Positions 13,258 to 26,267 are shown, numbered from the stretch's first letter. The stretch is DNA of 43,051 nucleotides from Octopus sinensis (GCF_006345805.1 NW_021835050.1:1-43051); one strand, 5' to 3'. The notes: generated by a model not told the origin, from the letters alone. Numbers and translations: made by a program.

Positions 13258-13401
13258 AATACCAAACGAGTTCCCTATGGATACCGTATTTATTACAACG
13301 AGTGGCTTGTAAACGTATCTAACGAGCGAAAGCGAGTTAGATACGTTTACAAGCCACGAGTTGTAATAAATACGGTATCCATAGGGAATGAGTTTGGTAT
13401 T
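13258..13401. repeat. 144-bp near-perfect palindrome
   Basis: Arms 13258-13323 and 13336-13401, with apical GC-GAAA-GC and symmetric GA/GA internal mismatches. Confidence 0.95.
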
Positions 13402-13744
13402 TTATTTATTACACACGAATAAACGACCATATTTTATTAATCTAATAATTAAATTCTTCACATCATGTTGAAGCGCGCATGAATACAGTTTGATTTCACG
13501 TCAGTGACGTCACAATGTGTAACTGTAAAAGATGTCATGCCGCAGGAAGATAGTCCGACTTTATAGCGCTAAGTTTTCAGGTGAAATGACTGATAACTGA
13601 TGACTATTTAACATTTTGTTAACATTCAAGTTCACGTTCAAGAAATACATAACACAGGTTGAATATTCAATAACTTTAATAATACTCAAACATGTTTTCG
13701 AGTAGCAATGTCAGTCAGAGTAGAGCACAATAGTCCAGGAAAAC

Positions 13745-14059
13745 TTAACAGTCCTCATTATCTGTGAGACGAGGTCGCTTTGCATCTGAACCAAAGAAGT
13801 TCACATTGATTGTTCCCCCATATATTGGAGCCGAGAAAATGGAGTGCAATGAACCAAAGCAAGTGACAGCGTTCCGAGATTGACTCGACGTAACGTTGAC
13901 AGTGGAGGGGAGTTCACTTGCACTCGCTGCTGCTGTGTGTGACGGAGGTAGAAGCGAAACAGGCTGGTCGTTGTTACTACTAAGGATGTTACTGATGGCA
14001 CGATGACGATCCATGGAAATATTGCTGTAACTATTGATGCTTTGCACATTACGATGTCC
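13745..14059 (-). pseudogene. Last exon of a Crypton-type tyrosine recombinase (remnant)
   Basis: GHRNVQSINSYSNISMDRHRAISNILS matches the (T)GH..VQS...Y catalytic His/Tyr region. It ends FSAPIYGGTINVNF...KRPRL and is preceded by the acceptor ttttttttataccAG. Confidence 0.75.
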
Positions 14060-14504
14060 CTGGTATAAAAAAAAGATAGTATGTTTGTTTAATTACATGG
14101 CTACATTCTACCTGCTCGTGAAAGTTTAGTTGTAACTTATGAATGACAAAAGTAGTGCCGTCACCGTGACCTCGGGTCATCACCATGGATTGACCAATCA
14201 GAAGCAGCGCTCGCAGTATCTGACATATGTTAGATACCAAAAATATCTCAAAGTGTTCTCACTCACATGTGTGTAATAAATATATATATATATTTCAACA
14301 CGGAGCAAATTATTCATGAGAAAAATAATTCACGTCCAAAAACCTGAATGTATGCTGAGAGATTGTCTCAGTCCGTTTGCCTCCGGACGGTAGATTTCTG
14401 TAGTTATTATCAGTATATTTTGGCGATTTAAATGAGAGTTTTGATTGTTATTTCCAGCAGGTAGACATACTTAGTATGTCCTTTGATTAATTGTAATCCT
14501 TCAG

Positions 14505-14539
<35 letters not shown>

Positions 14540-14606
14540 TATATATATATATATATAATTATGCATATGTACATTTGTGTATGTACATACTTATCATCAT
14601 ACGTAA

Positions 14607-14658
<52 letters not shown>

Positions 14659-14730
14659 GGACACAGTACAAAGTACACACACTGAGTGGGCCGTGTGTCA
14701 ACCCCAATAGAGAAAATGAAGGTCTCCATA

Positions 14731-14840
14731 CTCTCTCGACCAGTTAGAAATAGCAGTTAACTCTCTCGTACGCAGTGGGACTGAACCCGGAACCTTGTGG
14801 TTGGTACGCAAGCTACTTACCACACAGCCACTCCTGCGCC
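14731..14840 (-). mobile_element. SINE family 1 head fused to a short fragment of another repeat
   Basis: gcagtgggactgaacccggaacc...ccacacagccactcctgcgcc is the reverse complement of the head at 25090. Confidence 0.8.
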
Positions 14841-17800
14841 TTGGTTATAATTTCAGCAAATGCTCTTCGCTGATCAGTGCTGATGTATGCTAACCGATAA
14901 TACATCGTCGACGATTTATTGATAAACATAAAACAAAAGAAAAAATCGAAATAAGCACTTCGTCAACAATTATAAGGAAAATTATATTATACCACACGAT
15001 TTAACCGAAAACGAAACAAAAAATTATCAAGCTGATAAAGCAAAGCAATGGACAAACACAAGAAACAATTCACATTCATGTTATCATATATAAAGTCCTA
15101 GCTGTAACTGTTCTCGCTTGAAGATCGCGGTTGCAAGAAACTCGAGCCACGAGGAAAACATTCCATGTTAAGCATACATGTGTGTGTGTGTATTTTTGAG
15201 TACGTATTAATGCATGTCAGTATAATTACAAACAACAAGGATTTACACAAACTTGCAGCAAATCATATCATTTGGTATAACAAGAACAGATTCTTCATAT
15301 TCGACACCAAATACGAATAGTTCGTCTACAGTAAGTGCGGTTGTATCAGTGTTACTGTGTGTGAGTATACATAAACATGAGTATACATAAACATGTTGAG
15401 TATACATAAACATGTTCATACACACAGATATATACACACAGATACACAAACAAAAATGGAGAATTCTACATATGTAATTCAAACTCTATAATTCATGATT
15501 CGCTTACGTACGTTTCAGATGAGCAAGGGTTGCTTAATACATTGGTGATTTAATTCTTCACGTTAATTGATTCATATTTAATCGACCACGGTATTACGGA
15601 AACCAAGAAAATCATCGCATGCAAATCTTCCTCAGAGCTGCCACACTGCAAAGAATGTACATATGAATATATATATCTGTATATGCATACATATATGTAC
15701 ATATTTATGTCAGTATGTATGTATGCTTGTATGTATGTATGTGTGCATGTATGTATGTGTGTATGTATGTATGTATGTATGTGTGCATGTATGTATGTGT
15801 GTATGTATTTATGTATGTGTGCATGTTTGTATGTATGTATGTATGTATGTATGTATGTATGTATGTATGTATGTATGTATGTATGTATTATGTATGTATG
15901 CATGTGTGTGTATGTATGTATGTATGTATGTACGTATGTATGTATGCTTGTACGTTTAAGTATATATGACGAAACTCTACCGAACCCCACACTAGCATCC
16001 CCTAAAAGGAAAGTAGATATCACATATTGGGATCCCAATACATCGTTAAGATTAGTAATGATGATAATAAAATTGAGGAGGAGGAAGGGGAGGAAGAGGT
16101 GGAGTAGAAGAAGGGGGATGGCAATAATTGTCGTTAGCGTAATAAGGCGTGAGAGTTTGTGGTGTCAAAGTGGTTGGGAGTTGGTTGTGATGGTGGTCGT
16201 GGTGGTCGTGGTGGTCGTGGTCGTGGTCGTGCTGATGAAGGAGGTGACATTTCTTTGGTTTTCTTATCGGCCGATCATCCTGTACGACGTCTCAAGTCTC
16301 TCACGCACATGCACGCACACACATACACACACACACACACACATACGTACGAATGCGGACACATATACACACATCCATGTACATACATAATACATGTGTG
16401 TGTGCGTGTATATGCATGCATGTATGTATGTATGTATGTATGTATGTATGTATGTATGTATGTATGCATGTATAAGTGTGTGTGTATATATCTTATCTGT
16501 CTGTCTGTATATCACGCCCCGTTTTCGTGTGGAGACTTACTTCATTTTCCTAGCAGATTTTAAAACAAGGAAGAAAAGGATAGCAAAAGCATATGGAGAA
16601 GAAGAAGAAGAAGAAGAAGAAGAAGAAGAGAAGAAGAAGAAGAAGAAGAAGAAGAAGAAGAAGAAGAAGAAGAAGAAGAAGAAGAAGAGATTGTAGAAAA
16701 TGTGAGTGCCGTTGTGAATAAGGAAAAGAATTTTCTTTTTATACGGCCTTCTTCTTCTTCATCTTCATCTTCTACTTCTACTTCTACTTTTTTCTTCCTT
16801 CTCCTTCTTTTCTTCGCCATCTTCCGTTCTTTAAACCTTTATCATCCACTTGTGAAGCATTAAATGATGGTAGAGGCGTGTTTTAGAAGTGACAAACCCT
16901 AAAGGACAAAAAAAGGAGAAGTGGACCTGAAGAGGTTGGCGGTTTTTCAAAGATCTTATTCAAGTGGCAAACACTTTTCAAGTACTCTACGTTGTTGTTG
17001 CTGTTGTTGTCGTTGCTGAATTTTTGTTTTTGCTGTTGTTGTTGCATTTATTATTAGTGTTGCTGTTTTAATTATCGATGTTTTTGCTGTTGTCTTCGAT
17101 ATTATTGTTATTGTTAATGATAATGATGATGATGATGATGATGGTGTTTTAGTTGTTGGTGTATTTGATGTTCTCTCGTTTACTGTCCATATAATTGTTG
17201 TTGCCTTTCTTGTTCGTGTTACTGCTGCTGTTATTTTTGCTGATACTGCTGCTGTTGTTGTTGCTGCCGCTGCTGTCGAATAGATCTGGTAGAGTTAGGA
17301 TGAAAGTGATTCCAGCCTTGACTCCACCGTCTTTTATAAATTTTTGATGCGAGATGGTGCTTAATTGTGTTAATTACGGTATTTCAGTATATTCTTCTTG
17401 TTTCCATTGCGATAGTTTGTGACGAGACAGGAGCCGTAGCTGCCATTTCTAAGCGAGCCAAATATCCATATATAAATTCCCCTCGTTCAACAACATGAGT
17501 TTGTTTAATTTTGATATTGCAAAACGAACACAAATACAGGAACACGCCAACACACACCTATATGCATTCATACATATGTGTGTGTTTGTACGTGTGTCTG
17601 TGTGCGTGTGTATGTGTATGCATATATACATCTATACATATATAAATACATCCATTTACATATATATATATAAATGTATGTATGTATGTGCATATGTGTG
17701 TATGTGTGTACGTGTGTGTGTTTGTGTGTGCACATCTCTATCCGACATAAATAATGTCCTTCAAGAGCTCCTCCTAACGATGATATTATTATCAATACAA

Positions 17801-18064
17801 TAACCTTTCGCGTAATATGATGTGTAACTGTAGGGATCGACATAAGTGCCCTTTAAGTAACCAGTGTTTCCGAGTAAATTTATTATATAAATGTTCTCTT
17901 CAAACACCTGATAAAGTATGCTACTATATTGTTACCACGCTATGTCAGTTTAAATCGAGATTGAATAATCATGTACGATTTTTTTAATAACGAAAGAAAT
18001 TTACGTAATGCTTCCTTAGCCAAAATATATTTGGGATCTAAACGGTAGAATATTTATTAGAAAT

Positions 18065-18113
18065 CCATTAAAGGTATATAAAGACTTAGGTAGTCTTTAT
18101 ATACCTTTAATGG
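18065..18113. repeat. Perfect 22-bp inverted repeat with a 5-nt spacer
   Basis: ccattaaaggtatataaagact-taggt-agtctttatatacctttaatgg. Confidence 0.95.
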
Positions 18114-18549
18114 TCGTGTATATGATCAAAATGTTAATTGTTGTCACACTTCCACTGGTTATTGAAACGAGCGTAATGAAGTAATAAACGTGATACCGAC
18201 CTCATCATTCCTTCGATTGTTTGTTTTATTATACAGACACACGGACACACGGACACACGCACACACACAAATACACACATGCATGCACACACAACCGCAC
18301 ACACATACACGTACACACATACATATTCACACACACACAGATGTATATCGCGGATGTTACGTTCCAAAACCCACCACGATAGGTGAAAATCCGTGAAGTA
18401 GAAACAATACTGTACTGTATACGTTTTAATTATCTTTATATATTTATATATTTATTTTATTATAAATGCAAAATACCACAGAAGAATCAACGTAAGCTTA
18501 AATAATAAACTGCGATAGGTGAACCGCGATATGGCAAGGGATTATTGTA

Positions 18550-18586
<37 letters not shown>

Positions 18587-18772
18587 CGTTGGCGATTTTT
18601 TTCCTCTGTATTCCCTATCTTGGATCTCTCCTTTTTCTTTGTTTCTGACGAAGAGCTCCGCTCGAAACGTTAAATCGTCCTTCTTTATTTCCTTTCCTGC
18701 GCGTCTGATAACACTATACTTGTTCCACGACCTCGCGATGTTGTGTTTTCTCTTTGTACTTTCATGTTTGGA

Positions 18773-18777
<5 letters not shown>
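18587..18777 (+). mobile_element. Short pseudo-LTR-like repeat, family E
   Basis: Homologous to the reverse complements of 32085-32295 and 12693-12807, and flanked by (GT)n and (TA)n. Confidence 0.65.
18641..18675 (+). ncRNA. Minimal type I hammerhead ribozyme, family E
   Basis: gttt-CTGACGA-A-GAGC tcc GCTC-GAAACGT-T-aaat. The palindromic ACGT stem III implies dimeric folding. Confidence 0.65.
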
Positions 18778-18866
<89 letters not shown>

Positions 18867-18939
18867 GTATGTATATATACATATATATAGATAGAGATAG
18901 ATACATACACATACACTCATACATACATATATATAGTAG

Positions 18940-19018
<79 letters not shown>

Positions 19019-20196
19019 CTTACTTTAGGTTCTCATGCACTCTTCTCTAGTTTGATTGGTTGAAGATTCTTGCTAACCGAATCATGTATCACCAATGATC
19101 ATCATCGTCGTTGTCGTCGTCGTCAATCAGATTGTCATCATCATCATCATTAGCAGCAGCATCCCACCACCTGCACTATTAATTCCGTCGTCGTCGTCGT
19201 TGTCGTCACCACCCGCTTCCTCCTCCTCATCATCATCATCATCATTATAGTAGCCATCATTACCACCATCAGTGCGACCACCACTGCCAACCACCACCAC
19301 CACCACCACCACTACTACTACCACTACTACTATCACCTCCACACCGCCACCCACCCCCTGCTTCATTATCATCATAGTCTTTTACCGAGATATCTCATAG
19401 CAATAATCATACCGGATTTTGAAGCGACTCAGCGTTTTTTTGTGTCGTCGCCATTTTTGTTGTTGATGTTGATGATATTGTAGTTGTTATTGTATTTTTT
19501 CTTGCTATTTTTGTTGTAGGCGATTATTTTTTCGTTCCTTCCTCTCTGACTTTTTCTATACCTCTCCCCCCTTTCTGTCTCCCTCTCTATCTATCTTTTT
19601 ATCTCTCCTCACACTGTCACTGTCTGTCAATTGATGTGTGTCACGTGACCTTCTCAGTTTCCGACGATTTCATTTTGTTTTGTTTTTTACATATTTCATT
19701 TATATATTTTTTTAATGTTTATTTATTTATTTATTATATATCCCTCTTATCGTTTTTTCTATTCTATTTTTTTTTGCTTCGTGTTGTCGTTGTTGTTGTC
19801 GTTCTTGCTGTTGTTATTCTTGCTGTTGCAGCGGTGACGCCTAATGGTGACGTGTCACGCCGACGCATCATGCTACTTACGTTACTTCTAAGGTTTCGCG
19901 CCCTGCCAAAAAAGCCCTTGTTTCTGGGGTCTGAAAAACTGTCGCCCGCTAATGCTAATCTCCTTTTATCCCACACTTTATTCCTCACCTCTCACCTCCA
20001 CTCCTTCCTCACTATTTCTCCACCTCACACGTACACACACACACACATCACAAACACACGCATGCGAAACCACAAACACACACAGGAGCGCACATGGGGA
20101 CGAACAGACAGATTCTCATCCACTGGATATAGAGCACCACACGAATGGATGGTATTCCAACTCCGTAAGAGTTTTAGGATCACTTTTTATCTCTCC

Positions 20197-20233
<37 letters not shown>

Positions 20234-20252
20234 CATCTTGCTCTCTTTCTCG

Positions 20253-20303
<51 letters not shown>

Positions 20304-21664
20304 TGTTTGTGTGTATGTGTGTGTGTTTGTTAATATATATATATATAAATATACATACGTACATACATACATACATACATACATACATACATACATACAT
20401 ACATACATACATACAGGTATATATATATGTATATGTATGTATATATATTTATATATATATTAACACACACACACACATACTTATATAATATATATGTGTG
20501 TGTGTATGTGTGTGTGTATGTGTCCAGTGCATGTGTATGTGTGTGTAAATATACATGTGTGTGTGTGTGCGTGTGTGTTTATGTATTAGCATATGTGTAC
20601 ATGTGTGTATGTATGTGCATGTATATGGGTATGTATCTCTCCCCTATGTATCTCTCTCACACTATCTCTCCCTCTCTCCCGTCTCTCTCTCTCTCTCTCT
20701 CTCTCTCTGTCCTCCTCACTCTCTCTCCTCCTCATTCTCTGTCCTCCCCTCTCTATTTTTTCGGAACTTTTGCAAGTTTTCTCTATTTTTTTTTATAATG
20801 CCCCTATATAGGTCTCTCCCTAATCCTTTCTGTACTCAAATTACTCTTTCTCCAAAGCCACGAACAGATTTGTGAGCGTGTATGGGTGTTTGTGCGCGAG
20901 TGGGTTTGGGTGTCTTTGTAAGTGTAAGAGAGAGAAAGGGAGAGGAGGAGAGGGAAAGTAAGAGAGGGGGAAAGAAAGAGAGAGAGGCAAAGAAAGAGAG
21001 AAGGAGAGAGAGTAGATCAAAAGAAAACGAGGGTGAAGAAAACAAAGAACTTAAGAGGATACACGTTTAATAGAGGAAGTGGAAAGATGGTTAAAAAGAT
21101 ATTTATTTCCAGAAAGTAACACTAAATTGAGCCAAGGGAAATAACTCAAATGGGTTAATGACATGGATTTAGATAATTAATTGAAAGAGTTATGTACTGA
21201 TTGACGTTCGCAAATAATTGTTAATTAATTCAAAGCGATAACTTCAAAAAATGAGAACTCATGCTTCAAAGTTAATTTAAACACGAAAAGAAAAGACTGT
21301 CTGATTTATATTTACAGTCAGCAGATAACTCTGTACATGTTTCAGTCTATTTAACGTTAACAGCATAGTGTACTCTGACCAAACCTGCAGTCCAATAAAT
21401 TTTTACATGTAGAAAAAGGACTGTGATTTTTTTGGTACACTCCGGTTTATATAATCAAATTAATTATATAATGTACTAAGGGGTTAATAATTCAACTGAA
21501 ATAATGACCAAAGTTTGGAATGTTAAATTTAAAGGGATATTAGTGGAGGTTGTTCGAAAAAGTTCTTTATTGGAAGTTGGCGTTATGTAGAATAAATAAA
21601 CCTAATTATAACGGTTCTCTGTCTTTCTGACAAAGTTTACCATTTTATCTCACCCTTATATATA

Positions 21665-21710
<46 letters not shown>

Positions 21711-21715
<5 letters not shown>

Positions 21716-21825
21716 ATAGAGGGCATTATTACACATAAATGCCTCACACTACGTGGGACAAAGTCATTACTACCAAAATTACACTAATCATACCTAATGC
21801 AGTTCTTCAAAGCAAGACATTTAAA
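21711..21825 (-). mobile_element. Solo, diverged fragment of the 480-bp HHR repeat unit
   Basis: attgtatagagggcattattacacataaatgcc...gcaagacatttaaa matches 33708-33822 with several substitutions and abuts (TA)n. Confidence 0.9.
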
Positions 21826-21953
21826 GTATATATAGATACACACATATACACAAACACACACATACATACACACACATACATACATACATACATGCATGCA
21901 TACATACATACATATACATACATACATACATACATACATACATACATACATAC

Positions 21954-21989
<36 letters not shown>

Positions 21990-22369
21990 GTATGCACATA
22001 TACTCCAGGCCACGACAGACAGACAGGATGCTTTTGAAGCCGGGCATTTGAATTTACAGAGACAATATTTATATATCACCTGAGAAAATACAGCTAGTTC
22101 TCATAATGAAGGGAAACAGTTACATAACCAAATACCTGCAAGCCTAAGAAACTACATTGCATAGAAACAATTGTAGTGATTACAAATAAATTTTTAACCG
22201 TACTTTTTCTTATTTACTCCAACTTATTCAGTCACCTATTCACACACTACAGAAGCCCAAACGCAAGTCTGGAAGTACGTTTGATAAAACTACTATTGGA
22301 TAGCAGAGGGAGAAATCTGAAGGTGGACAAGCTTTGTATTGTACTCTACTACGCTCTTAACAGAATATA

Positions 22370-22469
<100 letters not shown>

Positions 22470-23782
22470 CAAGAGCAAAAGAAAATTATTTCCATGCCAA
22501 TATGCTGATAACAAACTTTTAAATCGTCAATTTCCACATATTATTATATACCCACCACAGAAATACGTTGTGCTGAAATCGAGGAAAGTTAGCCAATAGA
22601 ATTTTATTTTAAAGTTCGTTATTTCTATATTGAATCAATTTCGGAATTAATCTCATAGATTTTTTTCCTTTTCAGTAGAAAATACGAATAGAAATAAATG
22701 AAATACTTACATGCGCCCATGGAAAAAAAAGCCGAAGCAAAAGTCATGCGTACACATAAGTACCCCAAATATATCTAAATATAAAATCCTTTGGCTACGT
22801 ATACATATATAGATACGATCCATATATGTAGATTTCATACATATATAGATACGATCCATATATGTAGATTTCAAGTATTGAGTAGCAGGGATAGAGAATG
22901 AAAAGTGACCAGTATACGGTTAGATATAATAACAATTTATTGGCATCGAAAGTTACATACTTTTTCCCAGATAGAACTTGCAAGGAATTTCGAGTCTGAT
23001 AGTTTCTATATAGTTCACAGTTAGACACAAAAGCTGCTAAAAATGCGAATGAAAGTCCAAGTTGAGGGAAGTGAAACGGGTAAAATGCATTCTACATGTA
23101 TATCTCAATTAGCTGAAGGTCGTGATGCAAGTATTATGCAATGAGCTATACTCAACGTAGTTAATCATCAAGCTGAGAATACTATAACGAAATGAAGGCT
23201 ACATTGTCACCCGGAATTTCTGAGTCAGCCACAACACAATGGTGAATTCAAATGAATAGAAAACGATAAAAAATAATTCTAAAAACAAAAATATCAAGAA
23301 CATGTAGTTTAGAGAACCAATGAGCGATGAAGCAAAAGAGCGAGACCCATAATATGCAAGAATGGGCGTGGTTTAGAATCGGCCAGTCTGTTGATTAGCT
23401 ACGTTGGGGATAGCTCGTTACATAACGATTCCATCACTAGCTCCAGCTACTTAAGAAACATATGTAGCAAACATTTTACCTATTCCGATCCATCGATTTG
23501 TGTGAGTGTGTGTGTGTATGTATGTATGTATGTATGTGTCTGTGTTGTTCTAAGTGTGTGTATATATGAGGGTATCTTTTTAGTCTGTTTACAAGGTGGG
23601 CAAGTGTATCTGGTGCTCTCGCTGTCAGCTGCTGGGATAAAGATTCATCTCTCCACGATGTTTACTGTTTATACACAAATCTAAGTGGAGAAATTCCTAC
23701 TATGACTATTTCTGCAACGACAGGGCTTATCACGTCCAAACACAATCAATGTGCGTCATTGTTTATTTAATAACTAATTCTT

Positions 23783-24722
23783 AAGGTGGTGAACTGGCAG
23801 AAACATTAGCACGCCGGGCGAAATGCTTAGCAGTATTTCGTCTGTCGCTACGTTCTGAGTTCAAATTCTGCCGAGGGCGACTTTGCCTTGCTTCCTTTCG
23901 GGGTCAATTAAATAAGTACGAGTTACGCACTGGGTTCGATGTAATAGATTTAATCCGTTTGTCTGTCCTTGTTTGTCCCCTCTGTGTTTAGCCCCTTGTG
24001 GGTAGTAAAGAAATAGGTATTACGTCTGCCGCTACGTTCTGAGTTCAAATTCCGCCGAGGTCGACTTTGCCTTGCTTCCTTTCGGGGTCGATTAAATAAG
24101 TACCAGTTTCGCACTGGGGTCGATGTAATCGACTTAATCCGTTTGTCTGTCCTTGTTAGTCGTCTGTGTTTAGCTCCTTGTGGGTAATAAAGAAATAGGT
24201 ATTTCGTCTATCGCTACGTTCTGAGTTCAAATTCTGCCGAGGTCGACTTTGCCTCTCTTCCTTTCGGGGTCGATTAAATAAGTACCAGTTTCACACTGGG
24301 ATCGATATAATTGACTTAATCTATTTGTCTGTCCTTGTTTGTCCCCTCTGTGTTTAGCCCCTTGTGGGTAGTAAAGAAATAGGTATTTCGTCTGTCTTTA
24401 CATTCTGAGTTCAAATTCCGCCGAGGTCGACTTTGCCTCTCTTCCTTTCGGGGTCGATAAATAAAGTACCAGTTACGCACTGGGGTCGATGTAACCGACT
24501 TAATCCGTTTATCTGCCCTTGTTTGTCCCCTCTATGTATAGCTCCTTGTGGGCAGTAAAGAAATAAGAATTGTTAGCACACCAGGCAGAACACCGATGTC
24601 GATTTTGCCTTTCACCCTTTCGGGGGTCGATAAATTAAGTACCAGTGAATCACTGGGGTCGATGTAGTTGGCTATCCTCCTCCCCCAAAATTTCAGGCCT
24701 TGTGCCTATAATAGAAAAGATT
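23783..24722 (+). mobile_element. Tandem array of SINE bodies (head, about four ~183-bp units, then a tail from a related subfamily)
   Basis: Units restart at gtattt/acgtctg near 23833, 24018, 24199 and 24382, each with ttctgagttcaaatt and cctttcggggtcgat..aagtaccag. Confidence 0.9.
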
Positions 24723-25089
24723 GACCAAGCGTTGTGTAAGCACGTCTTTGCACGATATATACGAGTTGAACTGTTTGATTTAACCGTAATATTCCGGTGA
24801 TCTGATGAGCTCCATTTGCATTAATCTGTGAATATACAATTATATTTTGTAACGCTGAGTGTACATTTTAATGTTAACGCACGCATAATTTCTTGCATTT
24901 TATATTAATACTACATGAAGAAGATTGCGAATCGGCCATAATCCTAAAGGTGTCACGTGGTTAAATTCATATACATTCACCTCTCTTACTTTCTAGTTTT
25001 ACGTCGGTTGCCAGTGTTGCTATGACGTTTGTTACACAATCACGTGGTTTCAGGTTCAATCTCGTTGCGCAAATGTACCAAGCGTAATA

Positions 25090-25502
25090 GGCGTAGGAGT
25101 GGCTGTGTGGTAAGTAGTTTGCCAACCAACCACATGGTTCCGGGTTCAGTCCCACTGCGTGGCACCTTGGGCAAGTGTCTTCTACTATAGCCTCGGGCCG
25201 AGCAAAGCCTTGTGAGTGGATTTGGTAGACGGAAACTGAAAGAAGCCCGTCGTATATATGTACATATTTATATATATGTATGTGTGTGTATATGTTTCTC
25301 TCTATATATTTGGCACCCCCCCCCCATCACTTGACAACCGATGCTGGTCTGTTTACGTCCCTGTAACTTAGCGGTTCGGCAAAAGAGTCCGATAGAATAA
25401 GTACTTACAAAGAATAAGTCCTGGGGTCGATTTGCTCGACTAAAGGCAGTGCTCCAGCATAGCCACAGTCAAATAACTGAAACGAGTAAAAGAGTAAAAG
25501 AG
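25090..25502 (+). mobile_element. SINE family 1, near full length
   Basis: tRNA-like head (tggctgtgtggtaag; ggttcagtccc), internal microsatellite and (AAAAGAGT) tail. Confidence 0.92.
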
Positions 25503-25634
25503 AGAAAACATACCAATAACTTACGAGTGTATTTGATTGACGGACTTTGGGTGTATTTAACTGAACGTGAAAGTATGAATGCCAATACGCCTGCCTTTGT
25601 TTCTCGCCGTTTAACAACTGGTACACAGTGCATC

Positions 25635-25940
25635 GTGGAAGCACGTGACCTAGTGGTTAGAGCCGTCGACTATCGGTCGAGGGATCACGGGTTAGAATCT
25701 CAGACCGGGCAATGTGTGTGTTTATGAGCGAAACACCTAAGCTCCACGCGGCCACGGCAAAAAGTAATGGCGAACCACTGCTGACTCTTTCGCTACAACT
25801 TTCTCTCATTCTTTCCTCCTCTATCTGGCAGCTCACCTGCGACGGACCGGCGTCGCGTCCAGGTGGGGAACCTATACGCCAAGGAAACTGGGAACCCGGC
25901 CCTTACGAGCCTGGAATGGCTCGAGAAGGAACGAACGACA
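25635..25940 (+). mobile_element. SINE family 2 variant
   Basis: The head (ctagtggttagag...cagaccgggc...aaacacctaagctccacg) is shared with 31768, but the 3' half differs. Confidence 0.8.
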
Positions 25941-26267
25941 GCACATTGCATCGCTGTAACATCAACCGTTCGGTAAAACTTGTCCAAGCATGCACGCAGT
26001 CCAATGAACCAAACGAGAAAAAGGATATATATATATGTGTGTGAGTGTGTATGTGTGTGTGTGTGTGTGCATTGCTTACGTCATAAAGTAGGTTCCTCTC
26101 CCACGGATAGCGTTCTAGGAACCTTTTCTATCCAAAGAGTTCTTTAAACCAATATTTGCACGTTATTACTTATCATTTTATCTGGTTCGAGATCCACCAT
26201 TCCAAAAGTGGAAAAGTGTTTTATACACACACATTCTATTCTGAATTTATACCCGTGTATGCATATA

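Larger units (their letters stand above)
13258..14282 (-). mobile_element. Non-autonomous Crypton-like tyrosine-recombinase transposon
   Basis: C-terminal recombinase remnant, terminal 144-bp hairpin, 14-bp inverted repeat (13403-13416 and 14269-14282), and TA-rich flanks. Confidence 0.7.

Noticed and set aside
15360-15420. Three copies of gagtatacataaacat
   Set aside because: Ordinary slippage repeat with no further structure.
23310-23390. CCAAT and GGGCGTGG motifs as a promoter
   Set aside because: These are short motifs expected by chance, with no adjacent gene evidence.
25090-25160. tRNA-like sequences at SINE heads (also 4110-4178, 31768 and 32994)
   Set aside because: They are A/B-box-bearing SINE heads without a complete cloverleaf, not tRNA genes.
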